DNA of 64,000 nt from Azolla caroliniana (Eukaryota; Plantae; Polypodiophyta), in NCBI GenBank assembly GCA_043228905.1, contig JBHGNT010000005.1, positions 372,001-436,000 on the forward strand, written 5' to 3'. Every line of letters starts with the position of its first letter. Position 1 is the stretch's first letter. The position numbers and the translations under genes were made by a program. The notes below the pieces were generated by a model that did no database searches, had not been told where the DNA came from, and saw nothing but the letters and a program-made list of their open reading frames with translations. Below, piece by piece: positions 48,401-62,700 of the stretch.

Positions 48401-51400
48401 TTTAGGCACTTGCTCTGTATAGGACGGGACAGAAAGACTATTAAAAGAGAGTTCATGCACATATTGAGATTATAGCTAGCTATCTAAGATAAACGAAAAA
48501 TTGGAATGTGTCAAACCCCTGATAACTGAGACGTAATTAGAGTCACAATGTGTGACAGGCCGAAGACATGATGAATAAAGAAGAAAATTAATCTCGAAAA
48601 GATCTCATACATGTAGCAGATCCACCATGTACAATCCAATCAGAGGCTTATACAGAATGTAGAAAATAACTGATAGCAACAAAGAGTGTCCTATACAATG
48701 TCGTGTCTGAAGTGACAGATAGTTGACTGGGTTCCTGAAACAAGCTTCATCACCCTTCTTTTTCTTTCAGCACCCCGACTCCTACTGCCCTAATTCTGCG
48801 ACATTACCAGTAATCAATATCCTTTTTCATTATTTTCCCTTTTGAGCCTACTGCAGCAAACAGGGGCCTGAAGTGATTCAAAGTAAGCTATGACCTCCGA
48901 GTTAAATTAAACAAGACAAAGCATATTCCCATAGTAGAAAGTTAAATTGACGGTTAGTGATTAGGGATTGATGATATCCTTCAAACTGTTCCAGTATTTT
49001 CACCATTATGCTGATCATTCTCTTCACATCAATTTCTCCACTGCTACAATGATGTCTCATAGTTCCCACAATTTACAAGCTAGATCAGCATAATGAAGCA
49101 ACCAAGGAGCTGAAGTGTTTCAAAGTAAGCCATGAGTTCTGAGTTAAATTAAACGAGACAAACCATCCTTCCAAAGTAGAAAGTTTAAGTTGATGATCAG
49201 TGATTAGTGATTGATAATATCCTTCAAACTTTTCCAGAATTCACCATTATGCTCATCATTCTCTTCAAGTCAAATCCTCCACCACTACAAAGATGTTGTC
49301 CCATAATTCTAGCAATTTACAAGCTAGACCACTGCTGAAGCTTTATTGTGAGTAATGAATGTCCCAAAATTCCCTTTCCCATTGGAGGAACCAAGCATAG
49401 GATTTGATATGGTACCGGTCGTTGAATGGCTGTCATACACCATGCACATGTCATATTGGCACACTCTTGGAGAACAATGTTGGTAATGTTGAGAACAAGA
49501 AATAGTACATTTTGTGGTTTCTTCCCAGGATGGAAATTCAACAAAATTAGTGGGCTTCACTGCAATTTATGCATTTTTAAGACAATTACAGATATGATTG
49601 CCTATCAGCATAGCACTTTTGCATGCCAAATAGGGTAGATTGTTTCAGGCAGTTTTGCCGAATCTGAGAAGAAGACACTAAAGGTATTGTGACATCCAGA
49701 AAAAGTGGATAAGAAAGGATCACAGAAAGGAACCGAGAAGGAACAAATATTAATTTAAAGTTTTAGTAGATCAGAAACATTTGATGATGAAGTAAGATAA
49801 TCACAGAAAACTTAATGAATAGAGATGACTAGCTATAATAGGACTGGAATCCCCCAGTAGCAGAATAAGTGATTAAGAGTGCAAGACTGATCAACAGAAG
49901 AGAATGCTCTCAACTAAAGATGGCTGATAAGAAGGAACAGGAAACTGAGAATGAATAATGCCCACAGAAAAGAGAAATCAGAGATGTCCAACTGATTGTG
50001 AGAGAATGATGTGCCGCTATCTATAGAACCACACGTAACATATTCGCAAAATTCTCTTAAAGAGTTTAACTGATTTGGTTGACAAAGTAGGTGAGTGGTT
50101 ACATAAAAAAATAAGAGGAGTATTTAAAGCAACTGTAGGAGAGGATTTATATGTCACAACCTACCTTGATGACATGGAAATGAGGCAGCTAAAATGTCGG
50201 TCATTAATATATGCACAACGATAAGTTTATATCCTCTCTGATTCACTACACTTGACTTCCGGCATTTCTCGCTCACAAACCCATGGAGATAGTACATAAT
50301 ATACGGCGGAGTAAATCTTACAACTAATCATGATTAAATGGTTTATAAAATGAGTTGACCATAAGAAATTGCCATATGAGATTATTGCAAAAACATATAA
50401 ATTTGAAGTCACAACTATCTAACTGATGTCTTTTTCTGCACAAAAACAGAGCTTATATCAGCTGTACAAGAAGTTCAGCAGAATGGTTAGATACATGCTT
50501 ACTTCAGCCATTCCCATAACAATGCATAAGATAAAGAAAGAAAATACCTTTGTAATAGCCTTCTGTTTGGTTCAGGAAAAGTTTCAGCTACAGCCAAGCG
50601 AAGAGCCATGACTCGGGATTCCTTGCCTTCCATCCCTACCAGCAATCATATTTATGGAAAACGAGGTTTACTATCAAACTGCAAAAATGATTATGAACAT
50701 GTAAAGAAGGCTTACTGTGGGCTTCAAGCAGGGCAGTGCAGCAAGGAGTGGGTACAGGTGATGAAGGCAACTCTCTGAGAACATGCTGCCAGACACATGG
50801 AAATTTATTCTCGAAAATGTATGATTGCAAGAGACAGAGCTCAGTGTCAATGAAAAGATGAAATGAGAAAGTACCTTCATGCAATCACTTATAATATGAG
50901 CATCTTCATCTATTCCAAACTCATTTTTCCCTGTATATTTGTGGTGAAATGAATCAATTAAGTTTCGAATGAATTTTTACATCATATATATGGTTAACAA
51001 AGAGACTTCAACATTTTTCTTGACGTTAACATTATTTCTATGACATTGTCTGGAGCTGGGGCATGCACTTTGGTTTTCAGCTGCAGTCTTCATAAAAAAA
51101 CAAAGAGTCTGTGGAGCTATTTACTATTTAAAACAAGTGGATGAGTGCCATTTACTGCCATATTCTTGTAGTTAGTTTGATCACTTACGGTGTAACATAA
51201 CTTATGACTGCTGAAACATAAACTATAATCATTTCTATTTGTATCTCACATAAAAAGGGCATTGTTCAACAACACATATGACACTCATGAAATGGTTACT
51301 GTAATATGGCATCTTTACATAACAAATAAAAAGTACCCATTGAGCTAATTTCAACTTCTCTCTCAAACATATATGGAAACTGAACAATGCAAATACTTGG

Positions 51401-54400
51401 ATATTTGGCGGAATAATATGTACCTTGTTCATAATCGCGTATCCGTTGATCCACATCATCAACATCAGCAGACTGTCTAAGTACACCCTCAACTTTCACA
51501 CCTGATATTTTCATTGACCAAAGAACATGTGTTAAAGTTATCTAGGTTAAGAGTCAAGCTAAAGAAATTATATCTTCAGTGCATACCATATTGCTCTATG
51601 AAGCACAATGCTTTTTCCAGAAAAGAGGGACTTCCATCTATATCTTCTAGAGCAAGAAGTATTGGTCTTCCCACAACTAAAGATTTCACCGGTCGCCGTT
51701 CCCTACCTGACACACGAAAAAGAGATGAAAATAAGTGAGACAGAAAATAAGAAGTCGGGGCATCACAACCCCAAAATGCACATATACCACATTTACAGTA
51801 GTTGTTGATAAATACCTTCGCCAGCATCTATTGAATCATGCCTGAATATTCCACCTTGGCCTGCAAGCATAGGGCTGGGAGCTGCAGCAAGGGCTTTTTC
51901 TAAAGCATCCTTCCAGTCATCTAGGTCCTCTGTGGTTTCCGCCTATAATACATGAGATGTGATATCACATATCCAAGATGAAAGTTTCGACATCTATATA
52001 AAGACATTCATAAGCACAGATCATGACAGAGGAAGTTCAAGTTGACGTATCCTGCATAGTTGGATCAGTGAATTCAATCATCCATGAATGTTACCTACTC
52101 ATATCATCAGTTCATAAACAAACTAATGAGTCTAGTTATTTTGACATTCTTATCCAATGGGGAGATTTGGCCTGGTGAAACCAAGGATTAAAAAAAGATA
52201 GAAACCAAAAATTTGTATTGAGGATTACCAATCTCTGAAGAGAGAGAGCAAGAAAGAAAGAAAGGATGTATTAATGCCTTTTAAGAGGCCAAAATGGCCT
52301 ATAAGACCAAACAAGAGAGACTTGCCAAAACAAAAGGAGAATCAAATTACATAAAAAATAATATAAAAAAAATCCAAAAGGACTCAAGATTAAAACGTCA
52401 TTAATATTTAAAAATGTCTAGAAACCAAAATAAACATTTTCCTCTCAAGAAGCTCCTGAATCTATTCATAATTTAACCAGAACACCCTCGTTTTTATTAG
52501 GTCCTTCATGGAAAATTACCTTAAGGGTGAATGCTCGCCCGTCAGGAAACAAGACAGTCAGCAACTTTTTGTCTTCCCGAACAAGTACACTAGGTAACAT
52601 ACACAACTTTAGTTAGAAAATCCAAATACATGACTGCACAGAACTGTAAGAGAATCTGTCTTAAGAAAGAAAGAGAATTGCACCTTCCTGAATTGTTCAA
52701 ATCTATCCCACCTAAAGCCAAATTTGTTTCGGCTCCCTTATTTGATGGCACATTCTGTATGACAAGTATCAGATAAATGTCAATAATTTATACTGTAATG
52801 TTACATGTTACTGTACAATCGTCAGGATCTCATCTGAAAGAAATAACAGGGTGCAATTGTACAAATAATAGTTCCCCTTAAATGGCTACAATGAGCATGC
52901 ACATACATAGTTGGCCCTTTTCTAATTCGGATTTTTCCAATTAAAATATGAGATCATCAATTGCTTACCCATTTGGTCTACAGTCAGCATCTTTCCATAG
53001 CATTCTCTAAATAATGTCTACAATAGATAATAGTTTGTGTGTTTAATCCTTAGGAACAGAGTTGGCCATACACAGAAAGCTCAAGCTTAGGTGCATTACA
53101 TGTACATTATATACAGTAAGGTCTTTATTTCAAAGCATGAAGCAAGTATAATTTTGTGTTTATTTCATTTTTAGTAGAATAACTTCCATGTGGAATATAC
53201 TTTCAATCCTTTAGATGTTACACATATTTCTCTCACAAGATTCATAAATTCCAGATTCCGACATATATAGTTCTTCCTAAAGAATACAAGTGATGTTTCA
53301 AAATTCTATCCTCCAAACTAGACTTCGGAATCATTCTATCCCAAATGTATATTCGTTACAGTGGTCTGATTGACATTTAATCAAATCTATCAAGATCTCA
53401 ATATAATGAATGTCAATAATGGATCAAACTTGTGCGACAAACATGCAGTGAATTGTTACCATGGTTCTTGATTTCAGATTTGCGCACATCCACAAAAGTA
53501 TTCAAACTTCAAACTTGTTACACATTTGTGAAATTAATGAGTCAAAAACTGTTTCCCATAACTTTACAACTTGTTCAGACAGTTTAATTGTGCATAGTAT
53601 ATAGGTGGAGCATGTACATCTATGTGTTCTAATAATTTGTTAATTAGACACAATTACTTTAAAACATCCTCTGAAGTCCTCGGTGCATATATTGTATTCT
53701 GAAGGTGTATTTACTTATAATTTTGATCACTATTGACTAGAAATATAAAGTCATACTTTAAAATTTTAAGTGGATAACTCACAGGGTCACTTTTGTAAAA
53801 GAACAGAGAGATGCGCGTGAGTATGAACCAGCGTCTCTTCCATGACTTCCACCCCAGACCTATCAGAAATTATGACAACCTTTAATAGTTCCACATTTTC
53901 AACATATATACTTGACTCAACACATCACTAGTTGCTGCAAGCAACCATTTACTTTCACGTTTTAATGCATTAGAAAACATTAAACTTTAAAGATAGGAGG
54001 AACTTTACTGCATCTTTCTTTTTATCGTTCAATGCCAAGACAATTTTCCAAGAGAGCATTTCAGTAAGCACGTACATTGTCACAAAAAGTTTCTTTTCTC
54101 TATAGTAGCTCATTCAAAAAAGTTGGAACTAGCTCAATGAACTAGTAGTGCTGCAAGCTTTCAGCATCGCAGGTACAAAATATATTCGGTCAAAGCAGAT
54201 TAAGATTCAATATACACTTAATTACTCTCACTGAAACAATTTATCCATTCAGAGTTAGTTTCTGTGGAAGTAATTCATGATGAACCTTATGTATACCTTC
54301 ACAATAACATAGCAGCACTGAATTACAAGCATAAAATGTGTTTTCAAGTAAAACTTGAAATACATGTGCTCTACAAGTAGCAAGTGCAAATCTGGATTTT

Positions 54401-55616
54401 ATTAAACTCCATTAAAATTAACTTTATGTCAACTTCCCAATCATTCAGTTCAAATACCAGATAATTCTTGGCCTTTCAGATTAATCATTCTAGAATCTAT
54501 TTTACTTTATTTTATCCCCAAACCTAAAGACACCAGTGCAAGAGTTTAATATCTTCTTGGTTCAAAACATATTTCTGGTTTGGCTATCTACATTTAAATA
54601 GGGTTTTCATGTCACATGAATAGCAAGAACTGATTGTGCATATCAATAAACAGTTTCATGCATACTGCATTTACGACAACTACCATCAAAGAATAGTTTT
54701 TGTTATTTTTCTGAACTTGAATTTGAGACTTTTTAAGAGAGAGGATTCTGCAATTTCAATTATCCACACAATGTACCAAGCTTTTCACTATTCTCAGTAT
54801 ATCTATAGTGTTTAAATGTAAAATTGCATTCTGAGGCATTAAAATAGTGAACTATGGACTTGTCTTTCAACCTCTGATGTGTGAAAGATGCAGTAAAGGT
54901 CAGAACATATATAAAAATATTTGCTCTTGAAGAAATATAGAAGCAACAGACGAAATGGAAGTTGAATATATCTTACCTTTCGATGATATGTATAAAGGTC
55001 CACTTTTGAAGACCTACAGAAACAAAGATGAAATGAAGGCTGTTAAATATTGAAAAATCATCTTTACTCAGCACACATTCGATCAGTAAACCAATCATAT
55101 TATTCAGCATATGAAATGAAAATTGTTACTCATGCAAACAATCATCATTTTCACCATATGGAATGAAAGGTAGCATGTAAGTAACCAGAAGTTTCCTAAT
55201 ATCATAGTAAAAATTAGATTCATTTTGATGTGACAGAATGTGAAGGTAAAATGTGTTCAACATGCTAGCTTAATTTGCAAACAGTGAAACAATACAAGCA
55301 CATTCTGAAGAAAATTTTCATGAAATTCGAGAAATGCAGGGAGAATGAATGTATATAATGCAGTAGTTCCTTAAGCGGAGAGTATAGGTACTTAGATGGA
55401 AATATAGGTCCTTAAATGGAAAGTGTAGGTTGTTCATTCACGGAGGAAGAAAATGCGGATTGATGAAACTCGCCACTGAAGAGATTTGACACGGAAAACT
55501 ATTGCAGTTTTGCAATGCAGTGCTTAAATATCAAGAGATGAACAGAAAGATGCAAAGCGTACCAGGTTTGATCTTCGGATTCTGGGACGTTCGTAAGGTG
55601 TGACAGGAGCAGACAT
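39090..55616 (-). CDS. PH domain Rho/ROP GTPase-activating protein (REN1/PHGAP, RopGAP6/7-like), about 20 exons
   Basis: Start MSAPVTPYERPRIRRSNL (55616-55563)|VFKSGPLYISSK|GLGWKSWKRRWFILTR. GAP domain KSLVVGRPILLALEDIDGSPSFLEKAL, VEGVLRQSADV, LRELPSSPVP, ENRMTASAVAACMAPLLLRP. Coiled coil AKGNAALQASLERRKQALHERRIALEQDV. C-terminal RLDFFKERRSQLMEQLHNLD; stop at 39090. Confidence 0.92.
39319..39410. repeat. Long (CT)n microsatellite followed by (GT)n
   Basis: Direct reading; adjacent to the acceptor of the last RhoGAP exon. Confidence 0.97.
39960..41100 (-). mobile_element. Possible degenerate LINE 3' fragment in the last RhoGAP intron
   Basis: The minus strand near 40190-40270 translates to KCHLCLQV*LVHLRTHCFNLPFS, reminiscent of the CxxC...H...C zf-RVT region; many stops; boundaries approximate. 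Confidence 0.3.
48868..49345. repeat. Intronic tandem duplication of about 240 bp (two diverged copies)
   Basis: ctgaagtg.ttcaaagtaagc.atga...gagttaaattaaac.agacaaa...tatccttcaaact...caccattatgct.atcattctcttca...caatttacaagctaga from about 48868 and about 49110. Confidence 0.88.
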
Positions 55617-56735
55617 TTTGATTGCTTCAGGAAAATGGTCCAGAAGCCATATAAACTGTGAGTGTTCCCTGCGAGCTCATAATCTGGAAGCATGACCGTT
55701 TCTCCCATTTCCTTGGATGACTCCGGCAAGCTTCTCCTGTCTCCTCGTGCGTCTCCCCATTTATGGCACGCTTCTCCCGCTCCCTTAGAGGTTTCTCATT
55801 TTTCTCATACGTTTTTCCTGTTCTTCAACGTCTCTTCGTAACTTATGTGATCTCCTGCTGCTTTGGCTTCACAGAAATGGTTGAGATGCCGTGGAGTCTG
55901 CGATCTTTTTCTGTACTCTTAGAAGCTCGGAACATGAACACGTTTCGCCCGTGCCTTGTGTGGCTAGGTTTCTTCGTTTCTGAAACGGCGGGCAGCTTAT
56001 GAACATTAAAGAAGATGAAGATGAAGATGATGGTGATGGTGACGACGGTGAGGAGTGACGAAGAAAGTAAGCTCACATTGTGAGAGCTGATGAATTATGG
56101 GTGAAAAGTCAGTCTGAATGGCGATGGAGAGAATCAGACGGTGGCAATGATGAGAGAAGAGAATAACGTGCAAAAGAAAAAATGCAGATGGAAACGTGGG
56201 GTTAGATGAGCGATGGCGTGGAACAGAAGGAAAGAGAAGAAACAGGCTTCGGTGTGTGTACAGTGTGTGTATGTGAGAGAAGGAGGGGGGGGGGGGAAGG
56301 GGGGGGGAGCACTGTAGAGACAGACAGAAAAGGATCGACTGTAGAGAGAGAGTGTGCTGTGAGCGTTGTTAGAGAGAGAGAGAGAGAGATTGTGTCCTCC
56401 AGTGGAGGTTTCTTCACACCAGGCTTTTGCTGCTGCTTCTTCTTCTTTTGAGTACTTCGCCTTCTTTCCCTTGTAAGTTGTTGTTACGAAAACATACGGT
56501 AGAGATGTAGCTTTAAGAAATTGCATACGCTTGTTTCCTTTGGAGGCTCCCACGACAGTGGCCCATAAAACAAGTCACTTCCACTTCTCTTTCTTTTCTT
56601 TTCTTTTCTTTTCCTTTCCTTTCTACGTGTACGTAAGGCCATTTTTCTCCCCTATGTGGGTGTGGAGCCTTTCTGGACGTATTCTCACAATGAATTTTGG
56701 TTGCAACAAGTGAGCAAACTTCTACATACATATGT

Positions 56736-56883
56736 ATATGCTTCCATGGCTTTCCCTTCATTGAATGTGTTAAGGATATACATATCTATTTCTAGGGAGG
56801 ATGATTCTACATATATGCTTCCATGGCTTTCCCTTCATTGAATGTGTTAAGGATATACATATCTATTTCTAGGGAGGATGATT
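56736..56883. repeat. Perfect tandem duplication of about 77 bp upstream of the RhoGAP gene
   Basis: atatgcttccatggctttcccttcattgaatgtgttaaggatatacatatctatttctagggaggatgatt twice. Confidence 0.93.
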
Positions 56884-57599
56884 TTCATGCTTTATTGCAA
56901 GGTGGAACATGCTTTATTCGGCTTTGATTATCACGAGTCTCTCTCTCTCTCTGCTAGGGACTGTTTCTATAGATATTTGTGATAATGGAGGAAAGATTAT
57001 GCCTCCATTGTCTACTCCATACATTCATTCCCTTGTATTCTTACAACACACTGAGAATCATTTACATGTTCCCACGTTGATGACCACCCCTCGTGGATGC
57101 AAACAGGTTTTCATGGGATATTTTTGGCCAATTCAACTTGATAGTTTTATCCTTTCAATTGCTCAAAATTAGGAGTTTGGATACTCACCAACCACATTGA
57201 TCTACAAAGGCCTTTCAAGTTTCACCTTAACTCTCTTTACGCCCTTCGCAACCTAGACATTGAGATCACCAAATGCAAAATTATGGTTTAAATACAAAAG
57301 CAAAGGAGCTCATCTTATCAAAAACTTATATTCACCATTCATTGCCCTCACAATTTTCTCATTTACCCCCTACAATGTGTGTTCTATCATTCAAGCTACT
57401 AGTAAGGACTATTCTCTTTTAGTCTGTGAACTTTATGAAAAGCTTGAGTCCAAGTGAGAGAGGAAGGTTGGATAAATAGAGAAATAAACCAATTGCAATA
57501 GAGTCTACGCACATTGATTGTTGGTTTGTTGAGGTCCCTATATGAAGACAAATAAAGACACCATGCATCATCATATTTCTCTTTGCTTTGGTCCCTCCT

Positions 57600-59900
57600 T
57601 AAAAAACATAAATTCCATTACTTACAATGTAAGTACATCGATCCACCTTTTCAGATTGTTGTCTCAACATGTTCAAAATCATGGAAGTAACAACACCATC
57701 ATCAAAATCTCTTAAACAACAAGATATCCTCAATACCAACATGAACAAGAGACAATATTTGAACTAAGGATGTGTTGTCAACAATATGAAATTGAGTATT
57801 GGAAAAATATGTCTTCTATTGTGAAAGTTGATTTGTCATCATTAATGAATCTTATTGGTGGCACACAATGCAAAGCTTTAACTCTTTTGTAGTTCCAAAG
57901 CATGTTAATGTAGTAAAGGTGTTCTCTTTTCACGCACCTAAAATAAAAAGGTGCGAATGTGATGACTTGGAGGCCATTGATATTGCAACAACTCTTTCTT
58001 AAACATGGCAATCATTTCGATAAAAATTCTCATTGTTATCCTAGTGTTAGTTTTAAGTTCACATTTAGGAACATATAGAACATTCATTAACAAACAACGG
58101 CATACTCCACATGGAAGCGAGACACAAATTTCAAACAAGCAAGTTTGTGTTCCTACATGAAGAAATCAAAGAGATTGTAAAGGATGACAGGTCAATGTAA
58201 TTTCCCTCTTTCCGCAAATATGTTAGCCCATTCACCCTTCTATTCTTTATACTCCCTCGTAGGCCAAACATGGTTTATGATTTTATCGTTCTCCATCCAC
58301 ACGAGCACAATATTCACCCTTCCGTGTGTCCCTTTAAGTTAACATGTTGGCCATAATTGGGGATGCATATCATCACTTTCATGAACGAGCACAAGGAATA
58401 ATGCAATTTCTTTGTATTTGTAGACAAAGTGAATAATGATTTCATATTGCCACGAAATAAAACTTCCACAAGGATGTGCTTGAAATATTTTTTACTGGAG
58501 ATCCAAGTCCTATATTATCTACTGGGGACACTATAAATTTAGGTTTTGTTTGCTCACATTTCAAATAGTTTTTCAAATCCACAAAAAACAAAAAATGGTG
58601 ACAATGCAAGTTGAATTTGCAACATTTTCATTGCGCACACTATGACACCATCAATTTCAACAAAATGTCCTTGTTATTATTTTGTTGTTGAAAAGCTATT
58701 TCCACCTTTTGACTTCTAAAAGTAAGATGTTTCTTGTTTCACAATTCTTTTTTACATGTTTTAACATTTAAGTAATTTGTACATGCCAAAACTTTGACAA
58801 TAAACTTAGTTGGCAAAATCAAATGGCTACTCTCAAGCTAGAGTTTCTCAAATCTTTGAAGGAAAAATTCATGACTCATTACCATCGCACATGAATTAAC
58901 CATTGTCACCAAAGGCATGTGATTATACTCCTAAAGCATTGCATCGGCTCCGCTCATATTATACAATATCACGCATGATGTTTTTCCATTTTTCTTTTTA
59001 ATCATTCAAACCATGCACTCTTCCATTAATGGTTCTTGAAGTAAAGTACACAATATTTTTTATAATATCATGATAAAATGCTTTGATTTCCCATTCATCT
59101 GAACATATTGGGCGCACACCATCTAAAGACTTGTGCCTTTTATTGTTGCATAATAAATCAACCTAACAATATACTATGTTTCCAAAACACACATAAATCA
59201 TTGTGTCGGTAGCATGTGCTCTTTTTAACCTAACTCAAATAAGTTTTTGAATATTGGAACCTCTAGATGTTGTAGAACATAAAACAAACTTGCATGCATA
59301 ATACACGCCATCCTCTCCACCTAATTTTACTAGATTTGAGTTTGATTTCTTACACAATGGAGACATTATTATCCCAAACTTGTTATAAGGAGATTTATTT
59401 TCACCTCCCAATGTCATCGACCAACCTAGAAAAACAAGTGACACAAATGTTTGCTTATGTTGAACTACATGGATTATTTTAATTGCGGCATATGTGTAGA
59501 TGAACCATCCCCTTCTGAAGACAACTTGGATTGTTTTCATCTAGAAACATTCAAGCAATGATGATGTAATCAAGTTCGACATACATTTGCGGAATCGAAG
59601 CCAACACTCATTTACACGTTATCACATGATTTTGTTATCTAATGCACCTACATGGTTATCAATTGGCACACACTAACCACCTTCGAGAGCCCAGGTTGTC
59701 ATTTGCGATATCTTCTCCTTCAGTGTTGGCTCAAATTCTGATAATCATGTCATAACTTAATTGAATCTTGTATAATTGTAAATAAACCCAAAGCCTAATT
59801 AAAGTGAACTATATGTGCATACTTGTGTTGATGTACAAATATTCATACTGTCATAAATGAACATCCACGATCATGTTATTTAATTCCCCACACTCTATTG
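57600..59900 (-). mobile_element. Heavily degenerate transposon-like coding remnant (possibly CACTA-type transposase)
   Basis: Minus-strand fragments NV*MSVGFDSANV, RAHATDTM and RVHGLND occur in the same order as CACTA TnpD motifs RNVRLGLSTDGFN, RHNLDVMH and HGLKSHD. Frames are broken and no termini were identified. Confidence 0.3.
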
Positions 59901-62143
59901 GTCTTCTTCGTTAGAAACTTTACAAGATGTTGTGTAACCACGCTAGGCTCATTATCGCCACTTATCTAGATAAACCAAATATCATTGCTACATTGCATCT
60001 CAATCTCTAAACTTGAATCTCTGGTTGCACCAGGGAAGAAACCCATTGCCTCTTGCTTTCCACATTGGCTCCAACGACCACCCTCATCCTCCCACCAAGA
60101 CATTAGCAAACACAACCAACTCCATTGACTTTATTGTCAAACCATGTTACAGTGACACTGGACTCTCCCCAATCTTCTCTAACACTTTGTCATATCCATT
60201 GCCTCCAACCTCACCCTTGTCGCCACATCCTTTAACTTCAATGTTACCAACTTACCCCCACCCTTACACCTTTATCCCCTACTACATTTAATCATTATCC
60301 ATGGCCCTCAGCTTACCCTTATCCATACTACCACCATACTTGTCATCCAATACACTATTTCCGTGATCACCCCAATCAATACGTTTACCCCAACCATGAG
60401 GACCATCAACCTTGGTGAGCCCTTGTACCTTGATTAAGAGTTTTTTTATCGGGGTCATGTTGCATTTATTTGTTAATACAAATAATTGTCTTTGGTAGAA
60501 TTAGTCTCATACATATTTGTTTATCTATTTCAGTTGGGTGAGAACTACCTATGTAGTTCACATTGAAAGACATGTACTAGACTTGAGGTTATATGTCCAA
60601 GTGCTCTTGTATTTTTCCAAATTAATTACAATTAATTGCATTTATCATAGAAATATTGGATGACACAATGTCACTGGGAGGCAGACCTTGTGGGTCACCA
60701 AGAGTGTGTTTCTAGTTTCTCAAAGACTGTTTTCGCATACCTAAGCTAAACCTTGAACCACAACGCAGTGGTTTGTTGGTTGACACCCTCCATGTTCTCG
60801 TACATTCATCACCAAATATTTGAGTTCCTCTTGGACTCAAGTTCCAAGGTTTGAATATGAAATTGGCGACAATTGAACAAGGAGGGGTTGGTCAAAAGAT
60901 GATTCTAATTTGTTGATGTCTACATGTAATGCATGAGACCAATCTTCCAACATCAACATAACACCATATAGTCTTTTTATCTTGTCAAAATCCACAACAT
61001 AATAAGTGATGACCAAATTGATACAATAGAGTAGCCGATGACTATAAACAATAATGCAACATTGAGTAATCTAGGACTGATGAAAGGGAGTCTAAATGCG
61101 CAACAACTATTGGGGGCAAGATTATAACATGAGTTGTGGGAATATAGAATAGCGTATCTTGATGTAGATAGCATTTGCCCCCAAGATGTAGGCCAACCTA
61201 CAAAATACATCACATTTGAAAGGGAGTCCAATTGTACACAAGTAATCCAAAATAGGCGAAATATATGAGGAGTGATTAGATTTCATTCCTCATCCTTTTG
61301 GATTGGTTTAGTGAATAAATCCACCACATTGCTAACATACATAATTAAGTGAGAATTGCATGTATGATGACATGAGCCCTGAATGTACTCATCCTATTTG
61401 TGTAAGATATGGTCACTCGGATTCTAAGATTCATATAAAATGTAAAAAATAACTAATTGTTCATAAAGCATGGTATTGTTGGATTAGGTAAGGCAATTAA
61501 GTTGGCGATCAAAATCATTACTTTTATGGATTCATAAAGGGCAAAAATTCTCTCTTATTTTCATTGAATTTTCTATCATTATGTGAGATATTTACATGGC
61601 CACAAAAATGTAATCCTAAAAAATATTGAAGCTAGCGATGGGATTATGTGTGGCATTGAATAAAATGGCTAGGTAAGGAAAATGGTTGGTGCTTGGAAAA
61701 CAAGGCCATAAAGATTGTTTGTCATGCCATCAATTTCAAGGTCACAAAAAACGAGTAATGTTAATGTCGAACATCAATTTATAGGGCTTTTTATACTTAT
61801 AAAGGTGGAATGAACAATAGAAAAGCCCAAGTAGGATTACATCATATGTAAGGGTATTGGTTGCAATAAAGAAAATGTATTGTAATGCACATAAAATAAT
61901 GGTTGAGAAACACAATTGTGTTCATATTTCGTCTAACTAGGCATCATTGACAAACTTGTGACGATGAAGGTCAATTGATGTGTATCTAGAGTGATTGAAA
62001 GAATGCTTGAGTTTTTCACTTAAAAAACTGATGAAAAGGAACATATTAGATCATACACTAGACTTTGAGACAACTATGGGTCATGAAGATGAGAGTTTTA
62101 ATTGAATATATTAACATTTAATCTTAACTTCTAAATATCGTCC

Positions 62144-62215
62144 GCCTCTATAGCTCAGTGGTAGAGCGTCAGTCTTGTAAACTGAAGGTCTTGAGTTCGA
62201 TCCTCAGTGGGGGCA
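62144..62215 (+). tRNA. tRNA-Thr (anticodon UGU), intronless
   Basis: Full cloverleaf: acceptor GCCTCTA/TGGGGGC+A, D arm GCTC/GAGC, anticodon arm TCAGT-CTTGTAA-ACTGA, T arm TTGAG-TTCGATC-CTCAG; A and B boxes intact. Confidence 0.97.
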
Positions 62216-62225
62216 CGCGTTGTCA

Positions 62226-62700
62226 TAATCGCTTAAGAAAGAAACAATGTTTTGTTTGAGGTTTTCATTTGCTTGTAATATTGAGATGAATAGTTTTTCT
62301 ATGAATTTATAATGTCAGACATGAACATATGCAGATTAAGAAAGACACAAAATTGTGAATATGATAACCGCTTAAGAAAGAAACAATGTTTTGAGATTTT
62401 CATTTGCTTGTAAATTGTAATATTGAGATGAATAGTTTTTCTATGAATTTATAATGTCAAACATATGAACATATGCAGATTAAGAAATATACAAAATTGT
62501 GAAATCTTTATTTGCTTGCAATCTTGAGATAAATAGATTTTCTATGAATTTATATATTACGCATTTGAGCACATACATAGGTAGATTTGCTATGAATTTA
62601 AGATGAGCAGGTTTAACAAAGAGACAAAATTGTGAATTTTTTTTTTGCTTGCAATCTTGAAATAAATAGATTTTCTACGAATTTATAATGTTAGGCATTT
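62226..62700. repeat. Degenerating tandem array (about 100-140 bp unit, roughly four copies) directly downstream of the tRNA
   Basis: ttgcttg.aat.ttgagat.aatag.ttttctatgaatttata...acaaaattgtgaa recurs from about 62269, 62404, 62512 and 62645. Confidence 0.85.

Noticed and set aside
47200-48480. Short ORFs in the large RhoGAP intron as a possible nested gene
   Set aside because: No consistent exon chain or domain; at best weak LINE-like remnants.
55499-55729. 76 aa minus-strand ORF as the RhoGAP N-terminus
   Set aside because: Wrong frame; the exon that splices into VFKSGP starts at ATG 55616.
62144-62215. tRNA-derived SINE interpretation
   Set aside because: The cloverleaf is fully intact, and there is no poly(A) tail or target-site duplication.
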